Both the position numbers and the translations under genes were made by a program. Below are positions 42,822-55,324 of a stretch of 64,000 nucleotides of DNA, piece after piece (positions within the stretch are counted from its first letter, which is position 1; the number at the start of each line of letters is the position of its first letter). The notes under the pieces are model-generated. The model was given only the letters and a program-made list of their open reading frames with translations, was not told the origin of the DNA and did no database searches. The stretch comes from Octopus vulgaris (taxonomy: Eukaryota). The stretch is from positions 83,142,001 to 83,206,000 of the forward strand of contig OX597826.1 in NCBI GenBank assembly GCA_951406725.2, in the 5' to 3' direction.

Positions 42822-44765
42822 TTAATCCTTTGTATGTTTTTATACTTTACCACTTCCTACACAGAATATTACCCCCTACGGCTTGTACCACAAGATAAAA
42901 TGGCATCCCAGATGGTAAACAACAACAACAATAACATCTTCATCCTCATCATCCTGAACAACAACAACAACACCACCACCAATTCTGTGGCATCAACAAC
43001 TTGCTGGTATCTAGGCCGACTACAGCGATGTTGTTGTTGTTGTTGTTGTTGCCAGTCGTACTTCCGATGGCATCCTTTACGAATTTAGCCTGAAATGGCG
43101 AGCGACACAGATATTGGTGGAGAGTGAAATGAAGCCGGATGTGATTGTTATCTCTATTTGGAATCTATTAACCGCGTTTGTGCAGAATTGCAGAACTGCG
43201 GTGGAGGCGGCGGCGTCGGTAGTAGACGAGATGGTGGTGGTGGTGACGAAGAAGGCGAGGATGGTGGTGGCAACGAAGGCGCCAGGGTCAATCAGTACGT
43301 TTAATTCTCTTTAATTATTAGCTTTATCAGTTGTCATCAAGTTCTTTTTTGCATTACCATAAACTGTCAGCACTAATAACAACAACATTCCAAAGGGTCA
43401 GTGAAGGGAGAATTTATTCATTCGCTCGATCTGCTAAAATAGCAGCCAAATGTCCTTCAAATATATACTATTATCTTTAAAAAGAAAGTTAGAAATTGGT
43501 CTGAACTGGCCATACTGGAACAAATCTGATCATTGGCCAATTCAATAACTTTGGCAAAAACAACAGAAGCAACACGAATGAAACTCTATGTGGTCATACA
43601 ACATGCAAGACATGTTAACCAACTCTCCCTCTGACCATGTACTTCACCACCTTCTTAACAGAGGCCATATCGCGCAAGAAAGCTCGGTTTCCATTTTGAA
43701 TTTCTCTATACTGCAGTTTTATTTACTGCCTTCCGATGACTGTAGTCTCTCCGGGATATGAACCCACTGCTGTAAATTATCAAAAGAAAAATCGATTAAA
43801 TCGAGGAAACTACAAACCTGTGCCGTATCCAATTTAGAGCTTGGCGAACAGATGTTGAAAGGTTTCAGCGCCTTGCTTCAGGAGGCCAAAGTATAACGAC
43901 CGCAACCGATACAAAGACCTGGCCTTTTAGTTGAGACGTTATTACTTCCATTTCTCCAACTTTATCCATCTCTCCACCATTCATTTTAGCCTAAATATGA
44001 TCAGAAAACTTGCTGCGTATATGTCTTCAGGTATATATCCTGTCTTTCATTAGTATTCTTTACTAGTTTTAGAAGCCAGTAACATTACGATGGAAAAATC
44101 GAAATCGATCTCGTCCTAAAACGACAAATAACTCAAGTGGGGTGGAATTTAGAAAGTGGGAATTTAGAAGAGGATCGATTTTTCTGCATTCGGACAATGC
44201 AATATCTGAAATTCTTGCCTAAGGTTATGGGAGTCGAATCCGATTTCACTGCAAGAAATGTCATGTGTTGTATATTTCTAACACGTTAGATGACAATAGC
44301 ATCGGTTGTTTAAAGATAAAGCCTAGCTTCGATAAATTCCGTGGATAATAATAATAAGAGTTTACAGAATATTGTCTAAACGAGTTGTTGCTATTTAGGA
44401 TAAAGGTTAAATTCTTACAATAAGTTTAATAGATGTTCCTCATATTTTATTTTGCTCTTTTTGTGCTGAAGGGGTGTAGAGTGCGGAGTCTTTATCCTGC
44501 AACTGTAGTCTTTAGAAAATAACGTTTGAAATCGATTAAGTATCTGCCATCCAGCCATTATCATCATTCTCTGGGATACAATGAAAACCAGTATCGTGTG
44601 TGTGTGTGTGTGCGTGCGTGTGTGTTGAAGCAAACAGTGTTAACAGACTTGTAAATTAGCAGCGGGTTTTGATATTAAGTTTTAAATGTGAACAGGTGTA
44701 TCAGCATTAGATATATGTGTATGCACACACACTCATACACACACATACACACGCACACTCATACA

Positions 44766-44831
<66 letters not shown>

Positions 44832-45217
44832 CGTTCACGCAGCTAAGAATACATGCGCACGCACGTGATAGCCATAAATTCGACATTTTGTTATTACATA
44901 TTCATGAGTGAAGGTGAGAGACAAACGGACACGGTACAACATCAGCGAAAATATCCGACCAGATTACTTTTGCTTCCTAAGCTCAAATTCACCCGAGTTC
45001 CACTCGACCTTTCTTCTCTTGGGGGTCGGTAAATAAAGTACCAGTAATACATCGGACTCAAAACATTCGACATTTGCTTCCTGTGGTGTTGTTTATGTGT
45101 TAGAAAGCGGTAATTATATGTGAGTGTACATATATGTATATGCTTATTTACACACATACACACTCACATATCTACACACGCATACGCACATATACACGTA
45201 CATACACGCACACGCAT

Positions 45218-45274
<57 letters not shown>

Positions 45275-46641
45275 CGCACACACGTATAGCATCATATGGA
45301 CGCTACATCGCAATGGAGAGCACTCTTATAATGTTGGGATATGGAGGGGAATAATCAACATTATTGATTCATAAATAATTTTCTCAGTTTCCGTTCAGAT
45401 TTGTTTCTTTCAGTTTTAACAATTAATTTTTCTGGTGAGTGTGCGAAAGCTAAGCGCTCATCAGATCAACCATGGCTTGGGGATTTTATCATGTATGGGG
45501 GCTATACATACACACATGCATATACACACACATATTTACACATACATATGCATTTACACACATAGTTGTGAGAGTTCTCTATCTTGGCCCCTTCTACATA
45601 CAGACATATGCTCACACGGCCACTGTTTTGTGGAAATATTGGAGAGCACAACTCACATTTTCTTTCATAAACGCACGAGCTGAAGATTTCCGTTTTAGCA
45701 TTGTGATATGATCCCGGTTGCCTGGGTAAGTGCCCATTAGGCCAATCTTACGATTCGATTTCAATCGGAAGCTGTGACATAATTTTATTTGCTCCTTTCT
45801 TTCTCCTTAGTTGAAACATGACAACTCTCGCTCACAATGTTCTCTTTGCATCCCTAGAATAAATCATAACACTTATAGAACTCCATACATATTTTTCGGT
45901 GGTTTATTTATTTCTTATCTTATACACTCAAGTACTGCAGAATTCTTGAATATATGGCAGACTACACAACAACAACAACCTTTCAGCAAGTTCTCTGCAG
46001 CAGTAAATGGTTAAAGAGAATTAGTAGATCTATATAGATACATGACAACCTATTCAGTAAGAAAATAGTGATGAAATAAATAGAACCAAGGAATATATAA
46101 AAACCCCAAAATTATTCACTTGTGTAATCAAATGCATCAATAATATAAAATCGACGAAAGAATATTTCATAACATTAGCCAAAATTCATAAAAAAAGACA
46201 TATATACCCTTGTATCCAGATCATTTTAAATTCAAATGTAATGATTTATGGCAAAAGTAGAAAAAAAATATTATTGTGTAATAATATATCAGCGCTAAAT
46301 CTGACTAACCTCCATTATAGTCTCCGAAGTAATACAAATGTAATTGCAAACTAAAGGAAAAATTGTCAAATTCGGGGTCCAACGGTCTCCTTCTGATTCA
46401 TGTCGATCTCCTGGCAACATGTTGGGTAATATGACACGGCAATGGTCCTGTGACTGGAAAATGGCTTAGCATCAGCATCGCAGTTCTACAGGTAACCCGG
46501 AAGGTAAGTGGAACAGAGATGATTGTATATGAAGCACAGTTGAGATCATCAGATACGTCTTTCAACAGATCTATATACACCCGTTTTAATATTTCCATAC
46601 ACTCGCACGCACACACCACACACCACACTCACGCACACACA

Positions 46642-46685
<44 letters not shown>

Positions 46686-46969
46686 CACACTCACACACAC
46701 ACACACACACACACATCCAGTTACAAATCCAGTGGAGTAGAGACACTATAGTACGCGCACTAAACACGATCCCACTCAATCCAATTTGTAGGAACAATGA
46801 AGAAAAATCATTCTCTTGTCCACTCACTGATGTTTTTACTCTGTAAATTACTCAACACAATTAAAGCAGAACATTGATTAATTTTTACACTCGTTAACTT
46901 ACAGGAAAATAGACACGCTACCGTACACGTACCGTCGAAGCTACACACTGTTATACAACTAAAGTACAA

Positions 46970-47300
46970 AGGCGTAACTGAATGGTAAGAAGTTTCCCAA
47001 CCACATGGTTCCGAGTTCCGGGTTCAGTCCCACTCCGTGGTACCCTGGGCAATTGTCTTCTATTATAACCTCGGGCTGATCAAAGCCTTGTGGGTGGATT
47101 TCTTAGGCGGAAACTGAAAAGCATGTGTATGTGTGTGGGGGATGGTCTTTGTTCCAGTGTTTGTCCCCACCACCACTTGACAACCGGTGTTGGTGTGTTT
47201 ACGTCCCAGTAACATAGTGGTTCGGAATAACAGACAGATAGAATAAGTGCCAGACAGATAGAATAAGTGCCAGACTCTAGAAATAAGAAACGAGGTCATC
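46970..47300 (+). mobile_element. SINE family B
   Basis: TGGTAAGAAGTTTCCCAACCACATGGTTCC..GGGTTCAGTCCCACTCCGTGGTACCCTGGGCAATTGTCTTC..AAAGCCTTGTGGGTGGATTT; internal 20-bp duplication CAGACAGATAGAATAAGTGC. Confidence 0.85.
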
Positions 47301-47663
47301 TTTATAGCACATCCGATCTTGGAGCTTCATCAGAGCGAATACAAACACATAAAATAAAAGAAGAGAAGAAAGAAGAGGACAGAAGAGGGCATCGAGATGA
47401 GGCAAGAAAAATCAATAAATTAGAAATCATGCCATTTTGCAGTGTAAAACCTGAAGTCGATGGGCAAAAGAGTAAACTAGGGAGTAATCTAGAACAGTAA
47501 TCGGTGGGTTTATCTCTTTTTATAGGGGTACCAGGGTGTATAAATAATAATAAAATAAAAAATAAGACTAGTGCTTAAATAAAACAGAAATCGCCCATAA
47601 ATCTAGAAAAAGGGTAGTACTTGTGATTTTTGTACAATGTAGTTCTCAGGGAGATTCAGCGTC

Positions 47664-47717
<54 letters not shown>

Positions 47718-47719
<2 letters not shown>

Positions 47720-47875
47720 GACGGGGTTCTTTCAGGTTCCGTCTGCCAAATCCACTCACAAGGCCTTGATCAGCCCGAGTAGAAGACACTTGCGCAAGGT
47801 TCCACGCAGTGTGACTGAACCCAGAACCATGTGGTTGGTAAGCAAGCTACTTACCACACAGCCACTCCTGTGCCT
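47718..47875 (-). mobile_element. SINE family B head/body ending in (TA)n
   Basis: Reverse complement GGCACAGGAGTGGCTGTGTGGTAAGTAGCTTGCTTACCAACCACATGGTTCTGGGTTCAGTCACACTGCGTGGAACCTTGCGCAAGTGTCTTCT; A/B-box-like motifs. Confidence 0.88.
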
Positions 47876-48930
47876 ATATATACACACATATGTATAAACA
47901 TCTTTGTACACATATTAATACATGCCTTAATGTACCCAACCTTTTGTTCCCCTCACTGATGCAAACATTAAAGAACACACACTAATGTACACTCACTGGA
48001 TCAGACATACATTCTCTACACTCACAGCTACACACACGAATATATATATTCGCTGTTGAACATATATACACACGCACATAACTACACATGCTATATACCA
48101 ACAAAATTATACACACTAAAGCATTCACGCTTCAGTATAGCATTTGGTGCTTGTATTTATGTATATAGACTTCTGTACGGTACGTACATATATCACAGCA
48201 GACAAGTGCTCAATGTATACCACCTAATTACACACAGTACTGACACTGTTGTATACGCACTAATCTACACACATTGAAGTACACACGCTTTTATACAAAT
48301 TACCCAAGTATTTCCATAACAAAAAAATACGTCATGACCACGTGACTAGTGTATATTTCGCATCCATATTAATGGAGAAGAAAAAAACTTCGAGCGATGC
48401 CAAATATTTCAGAGAATACTTGTCGTGTGAAATATAAACTTGATGTGAAGTAAAACAAAACAACATGAGCGACGTTTTTAATACACAGGCATGCACAGGA
48501 ACATCATCAGGAAGTATCAGGAATATAAAGAGTTATGTTCATCATTAGACATCTGTGAATGTATGGGTATGTGTGTGGGATAGGGTGAGATGGGGTGTAT
48601 GCGGTGCGTGTAAGATATTAAAAACCATGTCTTAAGTTTTTTAACAAGAGACTCGTCATAAGATGGAATATAATTTCTGATTACATAATACATTACTATT
48701 GCAAAAGTATACTCATGTGTGTGTGTGTGCTCGCTCGTTCATATTTATGTATGTACACACACACACACATAATACTACAAGTCAAATAGTTTCGATATTC
48801 ATTTTTATATTATCTTTCAGACATGTTATATTGAAGTCGTGTCTTCAATATAACGTGGGTCTCTCTTTATATGTATATATGCGCGTATATTAGTGTGAAT
48901 AGATGTGTGTGTGTGTGTTTGTGTGTGTGT

Positions 48931-48977
<47 letters not shown>

Positions 48978-49672
48978 AATATATAGAAAGAGAAAGAAAG
49001 ATTTGTCGTCGTAACTATTATCTCTCTGTAAAGTGAAATAACTTTTCTGATGAAACACTTTTATTTTAATACCCTTCTTAAAGATATATACATGTATTCC
49101 TATAGCCATACATATATGCATGTGTGTGTGTATACATACATACTTACACACACACATACACATGTGTATATGTACGTGTGTGTGTGTAAAACGACGATAA
49201 CAACAACATTGTCAAAGTGAAGACAAGTTGTGATTTTATTAGTTTGACGCCAGCGAAGAAAGCAACTCGGAAACGTGTTTAACCTTTTCAGTCAGAGTTC
49301 GTTTTCAGTCAGAACGAAAGTAAAGTGTAGGAAACGAAGAAATGGGATTGCGCAAATGGTAACGTAAGAATGAGTCTGTGAGAGATTAGAATAACCGGTA
49401 ATGAAGCTGAAGGAAATGGCTTTCATACGTACGAGTGCAACAGGGAAATTTTGAACACTAATTGTGCGTGTGTACTTGTATGTCCGGCTTTTAGTAAGAC
49501 GTCTGTATGTGTGTGTGAGCATGGTTGCTTTCTCCTAGCAGCCAGGATTGGTCGTCTTGAGGAATCGGGTTCATATATGAATGTGAATGCGTTGTGAATG
49601 CGTACATGTGAGCGTATGCCTTTGTCTTTTTTTTTTTGTTACTTTTTTTCTTTGGTTATTGGTGTCTGCCTA

Positions 49673-50902
49673 CGAGAGTCGGCTAAAAGGTTTATTGGCT
49701 GACCAAGATGCTCTCATGGAATTTGCCCAACTGAGCTTATTTCTTCAGCAGAATCTACCTTGCACTCCACACACTTTTTCCATTGGTGTTGCAGTGCTTG
49801 AATTCCATTGGTGAAGAGGCTTTCATCCTGTTCATCAATACAAGTTTTCAACAACATATATGACGTCATCGCCAGTGCGATAATGGTTCCCAACCAAGTG
49901 TTTTTTCATGGTAGGGAACAGTTAAAAGCCACAGTCGCGCAGACCGCAACCATTGAAAGCAAGGACTTGTGTGTTGAAGCATTGTCCTGATGAAACGATG
50001 ACACAAGAGCCCTTTTCATGAGTTTTCCTGGGCGTTTGGTTTTCATAACATTTTGTAGTGAAGTTGATTTTGTGCTCTTCATTAATGGTGAGACCCTTTT
50101 GAAGATAGTTAATAACTGAAGCCATCAACTTCGCAGAAGATGAAACGACCCTGGCTTTCTTCGGAGCAGGTGAGAAGGGGTGTGGTTGCACTGCATGGAT
50201 TGTCTCTTTGTCTCTGGATCAAAGTGATGAACTCAATACTCATCTTGGGTAAAGAAACGTTCATGGAAACCAGCAGGATCTGCCTCAGACAATGTCAGCT
50301 TTTTCTGTGATGTGATCATCATGGTGCGAATTTGAGCAGCAGTCAGAAGGTATACCCCCACCACCACCACCACCACCACCACCGAGCATAAACCTTCGTC
50401 ATGCCAAGTTCATCGTGCACAATATTCTTAACTCTCTCACCGGATATGCTAATAACATTGGCAATTTGATTTATAGTCAATCGCCTGTCACCCATCACCA
50501 TGTGGTGATTACGATCAGTGGTGACAGTTGCAGGACGTCCAGGCCTTGGGTCAGCTCCAACACTCTTTCTTCTCCTCCTAAATTCAGCTGCCCACTGTTG
50601 TATCATTGATAAAGCTGGAGCGTCGGCCCCTATTGTAGCAACCATGCCAGCATGAATGTCGATGGGAGCTAAACCCTTTTCCAGCAGGGATTTGATAACA
50701 CCACGATGCCAAATTTTGTCGATTTTTGAGAGAAGTCGCTACTAGTAACTTTTGAAGTCTTCTTTGAGCAGTCGGATGTCAGTTTACCTGGAAAGAAACA
50801 ATGCAGCTATCAATAAGAAGAGTTGAAATTCATGCATGCAAGATTTCACAGCTCTAGCATCACCACTTCATAATCAGCAAATGAACTTTCAGCCAGAGCC
50901 CC
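49673..50902 (-). mobile_element. Mariner family A, copy 2, defective
   Basis: Homologous to 27567-28714 throughout; both ends present (TACGAGAGTCGGCTAAAAG / TCAGCAAATGAACTTTCAGCC); MVATIGADAPALSMIQQWAAEFRR..DPRPGRPAT..DRRLTINQIANVISIS.ERV..ELGMTKVYARW. Confidence 0.9.
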
Positions 50903-51430
50903 TATGTATCGTGCAGATATGTGTGTGTATCTGTGTGTATGTATGTGTGTCTGAGTATATTTGTGTACGTGTGTGTGTTATTGCAGTGTATATGTACGTG
51001 TATATATGTGTGTATGTATGCATGCATCCATGTGTGTATGTATGCATATGTGTATGTTTGCATGTATGTATGCATGGATGGATGGATGGATGTCATTGCT
51101 GTGTGTGTGCGTGTTTCGTTCTGTTACTATGTAAGCTCCGGTGTTGTTTGATTTGCGAAAGGTTATGAAAATGTATGAACGTGTGTGTGTGTGCGAGTGT
51201 GTGTGCGTGAGCGTGTTGTGTGTGCGTGTTGTGTGTATGTATAATGTGTGTGTGTGTGTGACAAGTATAATTGTGAGTGTATGCGTCCCATGTAAACGCA
51301 GTCATTAGTGCGTAATGAGTGGGTGTGTATGAATAGTTACGGAGATGTACTTGCATAGCAAGTGATTTGATCTGAGATCGTATGCTGAAACAAAAACAAT
51401 TGCAGCGTGGAAGGTGTTTGTAAGCCATTT

Positions 51431-51655
51431 AAGAAACACACAAAAGCCGTTCGATTCACTTCAACATTTAAGTTTAATTTGTCAAAATATGTTCGTCGCT
51501 ATAAGACCGCGACCTGTTCACTGACAAAAATCCGTGCTGTGTGATGCATCACGGATTTTTGTCAGTGAACAGGTCGCGGTCTTATAGCGACGAACATATT
51601 TTGACAAATTAAACTTAAATGTTGAAGTGAATCGAACGGCTTTTGTGTGTTTCTT
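51431..51655. repeat. Perfect inverted repeat: 106-bp arms (51431-51536 / 51550-51655), 13-nt spacer; Penelope pseudo-LTR-like
   Basis: Base-by-base check shows the right arm is the exact reverse complement of the left. Confidence 0.95.
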
Positions 51656-51899
51656 GTATGAATAGCGTTTTCTAGTTTGAAGCGCGCGTTTAGGGGTTTG
51701 TTAGACGTGTTTAGTGTGACGACAGGTGTTTGTATGAAGGTGTAACAGGGGTCTTTTGGGTAAAAGAAAACATAGGAGGGTCAGTTAATTATGACTTTAT
51801 AGAACATATTCCCCTCTCAGATTCGTACACTTTTTTGCAGCGTCCCTTCACTAAAAGAACTCGGAAGTTTGGGCCTCCATCCTTAAAGCCAATAACTTT

Positions 51900-52230
51900 T
51901 CAGCTCCCTCCACCCCTACCACGAAAACACCAACAGGTTTCCACGCACTACTCTCTCAAAAATCAAACCTGTAGATATCCACAGAAAAGCAGTCAGGACC
52001 TACTCGTCCGTATTTTACACAAGGCAGATACATAAATATATATCTACTTCTGTCTTTATTTATACACATCCTTAGAAAACTACAAAATTCCATTCAGACA
52101 AAAGTTGCAGAATATGGAATTTGTGATAGCACGGAGAATTTGTAGGAAAGGCACTTAGTTATTTATAAGGCAAAGGATATCCAAAAGAAATTGTAAAACT
52201 AAGCAATCAATCTATTAATTCACCAAATAG
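51900..52230 (+). mobile_element. Penelope-like element RT thumb remnant
   Basis: IPFRQ..ICDSTENL......KGYPKEIV (across frameshifts) resembles the PLE motif IP.SQ.LR..RICS...RGYP..II. Confidence 0.45.
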
Positions 52231-52352
52231 TTAGCTAATTATCTAAATCATTAATAACGAAGGTAAAGTGATAAGTAACCCGTGTGTATATTATAACTGG
52301 TAGAATGACCCTCTCGTGATAAAACAATGTTGCAACGCTAACAAACAAGACG

Positions 52353-53557
52353 CTGAGTAAAAAGAAGGCAACGTTTTGGAACTTGAAATTCATCCCAGTA
52401 TATTTCAACAACGTGGAAATTTTATTCATCAAAGGAAATACCATTACAATCAACACATTTTTGCCAACGAGTTATAAGTTTGTTTATTCCGGTAACACAA
52501 AAATCTGGTGTTCTGGAGCTGAAGAATTCTTTCAGCGCACTTTTAGCATCGGTTTGATTTTTTAACTCTTTTACTCGCAGGAAATCATCAAGGTGCTTGA
52601 AAAAGTGATAATCGGTAGGAGAAGGGTTTGGGGAATAAATAGAGTGGGAAGAACTTCGTAGCCAAGTTCCCTCAACTTCTGGGATGTCATGAAGAATGAT
52701 TGGCCCTCTTCCGTTGACCAGTCTGGGACGGAGGAGTTGCAGTTTTTCGTTCATTTTGGCAATCTCATGGCAATATGTTTCTACAGTAATGGTTTTTCCG
52801 CGCTTTTAGAAGTTATAGTGGATGAGTCCATCAGCACACTACCAAACAGTCACCATAACCTTCTTTTTGAAGAGCTCGGGTTTAGGGAAGGTTTTCTGTG
52901 CTTCCTTTTGGTCCAACCACTGCGAAGAACTTTTGTTTTTGTACAGAATCTACTTTTCATCACAAGTTACAAAACGGTAGGGAAACAGATCGGTCTGGTT
53001 ACGGAGTAGAAGCGACAAGCAGATTACATATCTGCTCCTTTTCTGATTTTCATTCAAATTGTGTGGCACCCATTTGTCGAGCTTTTTGATTTTCTGATCG
53101 CATGCAAATGGTTGCAGGCAGTTCTCTGGCTAACTTGGAGTTCTTTTGCCAGTTCTCGGGTGGTTTTACGTGGAATTTTTTCAATGAAGGTCTTTAATTG
53201 ACTGTCATCGATGACAGATGGGCGTCCACTACGCTGAAACCATTTTCGGGCTGACCACTCACTGATCATTTCCTAACAAAACGTTTCGTTGATATCGCGA
53301 GCAGTTTCAGCTGCTTTACGCTCTTTTTGAAGTTGAATAGCAAAATTGCTCGAATATCGCGCTTTGATAGTTCCATTTCAGATGATTGTAACAACGGTGA
53401 AAGAAAATATCAATGTTAATTTATTGGTGCATTTGGGGAAGTTTATGACTGTATCAGAGCAAAAAAAAATGTTTAAAAAGAAATTAGAAACTCTGCAAAA
53501 ATCCGGTATAAATTTTTCATGGTTCAAAACGTTGCTTCCTTTTTACTCAACCTGATA
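52353..53557 (-). mobile_element. Mariner family B (Mos1/Hsmar-like), defective
   Basis: TIRs CTGAGTAAAAAGAAGGCAACGTTTTG / CAAAACGTTGCTTCCTTTTTACTCAACCTGA; RSGRPSVIDDSQLK..PRKTTRELAKEL, GPIILHD, YSPNPSPTDYHFFKHLDDFL, GINKLITRWQKCVDCNG. Confidence 0.92.
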
Positions 53558-53828
53558 TATATTTCTTCAGATCTGCTATTAACTACCTGCCGAGACAGGA
53601 AAAAGAAAATTGTGCCATGTATTTGAAAACTATGGAAATATTTTTAAAAACATTTAATTTAATTTAATTCCACAATTTAATTGTTTTTCGCACTTCACTC
53701 TAAGTTGAAAAAGTCGCAAAGACTGAAACCGGTACTAAAATGTTATTCATGATAAAATTAGTTTAACATTTTCTAACTTCTCTTATTTTCCTTATACATA
53801 TCAACTCGTGTGTTACTTTTCAACCTTC

Positions 53829-53876
<48 letters not shown>

Positions 53877-53888
53877 TACACACACATA

Positions 53889-55119
53889 CAAAGGTTGGAC
53901 AAAATAATGGAAACACCTTAAAATTTCAAAAAAATTAATTTTAATATGGAGTAGGACCGTCTTTGGCAGTAATTACAACTTGAATTCTATTCTACGAGGT
54001 ATGAACTCGTACAAAGTTTGAATTGTTTCTAAAGGAATTTTTGTCCATTCTTCAGCTAAAACAGTCTCCAGTTCTTGTAGTGATCATGGTGAAGGATATC
54101 GACTCCTTACTTGTTTGTGTAAAATGCACCATAAGTGTCCAATAATATTGAGATCCGGGTACTGTGGTGGCTAGAATGTTCCTCGTGCCATTCAATAACA
54201 ATTTTAGCTGTGTGAATTGGTGCATTATCATATTTAAAGATTGCATTTCCCTCCAGAACCATAAGATTAATTTGATCAGAGAAAATGCTTCAATAGTCTT
54301 GACCATTAATTCTGCCTTGAAGGGAAACCACAGATCCGGCGGATTTCCAAGCTATAGCCCCCCGGATCATCACAGATCCTCCTCCATGTTTAATAGTTGG
54401 AAGAAGGCAGTCTGGGTCAAATGCTTCTTTTTATTGTCTCCACACGTATACTCGGCCGTTGTCGGAAATAAGGTAAAGGATGACTCATCCGAGAAAATAA
54501 CATCCTTCCACTGCTCTAGGGACAAATTCTGTAGGTTTTTACTCCACTCTAAATGCTCAGCAGCTTTTGTTTTTGAAAGTAGTGGTTTTCTGATTGCAGC
54601 CCTCACGTGAAATCCAGCATTGTGCGGCTCCCGGCGAACAGTTTTTGTGGAAACTTGTTTCTCGAGGTGGTCATTAAGCTCTGCAGTAACTTTGGGATGC
54701 TTTCTAATAATTCGCATTAGACTCCGACGGTCCCTATCTGAAAGTTTTCGTTTTCTTCCGGACTTTTGTTTCGACGAGGAGGTTTTTCACTCTTTCTCAA
54801 GGGCTGTCATTACTTTCGGGACAGTACTTCTTGATACACCAAACATTGCGGCTGCTTTCCATTACGCTAGCACCTGCCGTACGAGCACCAACAATTTGAC
54901 CTCTTTGCAAGTTCGATAAATCTGTCATTTTAATGAGTTTTAATTACCTTTTTCTGATGATATCTGAAAAGAAGTATCAGTTTTAGCAAAACGTATTAAG
55001 CAACACTAATAATAAATTTTAAAAAACCTAAAAATAAACAAGCTTTTGATGATTTTATAGATATCTCAAAATTATGATGCTATGATGCTAGGTGTCGCCA
55101 TTATTTTGTCTATCTCCTA
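53889..55119 (-). mobile_element. Tc1-like DNA transposon, copy 2 (same family as 25524-26782)
   Basis: TA-flanked; left TIR CAAAGGTTGGACAAAATAATGGAAACACCT; VSTKTVRRE, WKDVIFSDESSFTLFPTT. Confidence 0.93.
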
Positions 55120-55324
55120 TATATATATATATTTATATATATATATAAGTGTGGGGGGGTGATTTTTTACAAGGGAACGGGGGTATTGTGTTTGTGTGTG
55201 TATGTGTGTGTACATTTGTGTGCATATCTGCATGTGGGGGGGTTGTGTTGTATTTGCGCGTTTGTGTGTGTATCTGTGTATGTGTGGCTGTGATTTGGGG
55301 ATTGTCAGAGTAGTGTGTGTGTAG

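Noticed and set aside
40810-42853. Long repetitive ORFs (EKAEEDGLNPWRRQKRTGSIR..., up to 299 aa)
   Set aside because: They are translations of a 32-bp (non-triplet) unit cycling through all frames; TGG-to-TAG variants are scattered freely and there are no unique flanking domains, so there is no sign of coding constraint
47718-47875. tRNA gene suggested by A/B-box motifs (also at other SINE heads)
   Set aside because: No full cloverleaf; the sequence continues into the SINE body and occurs as many diverged copies
52422-52754. Host SETMAR-like gene
   Set aside because: No SET domain; broken transposase bounded by TIRs
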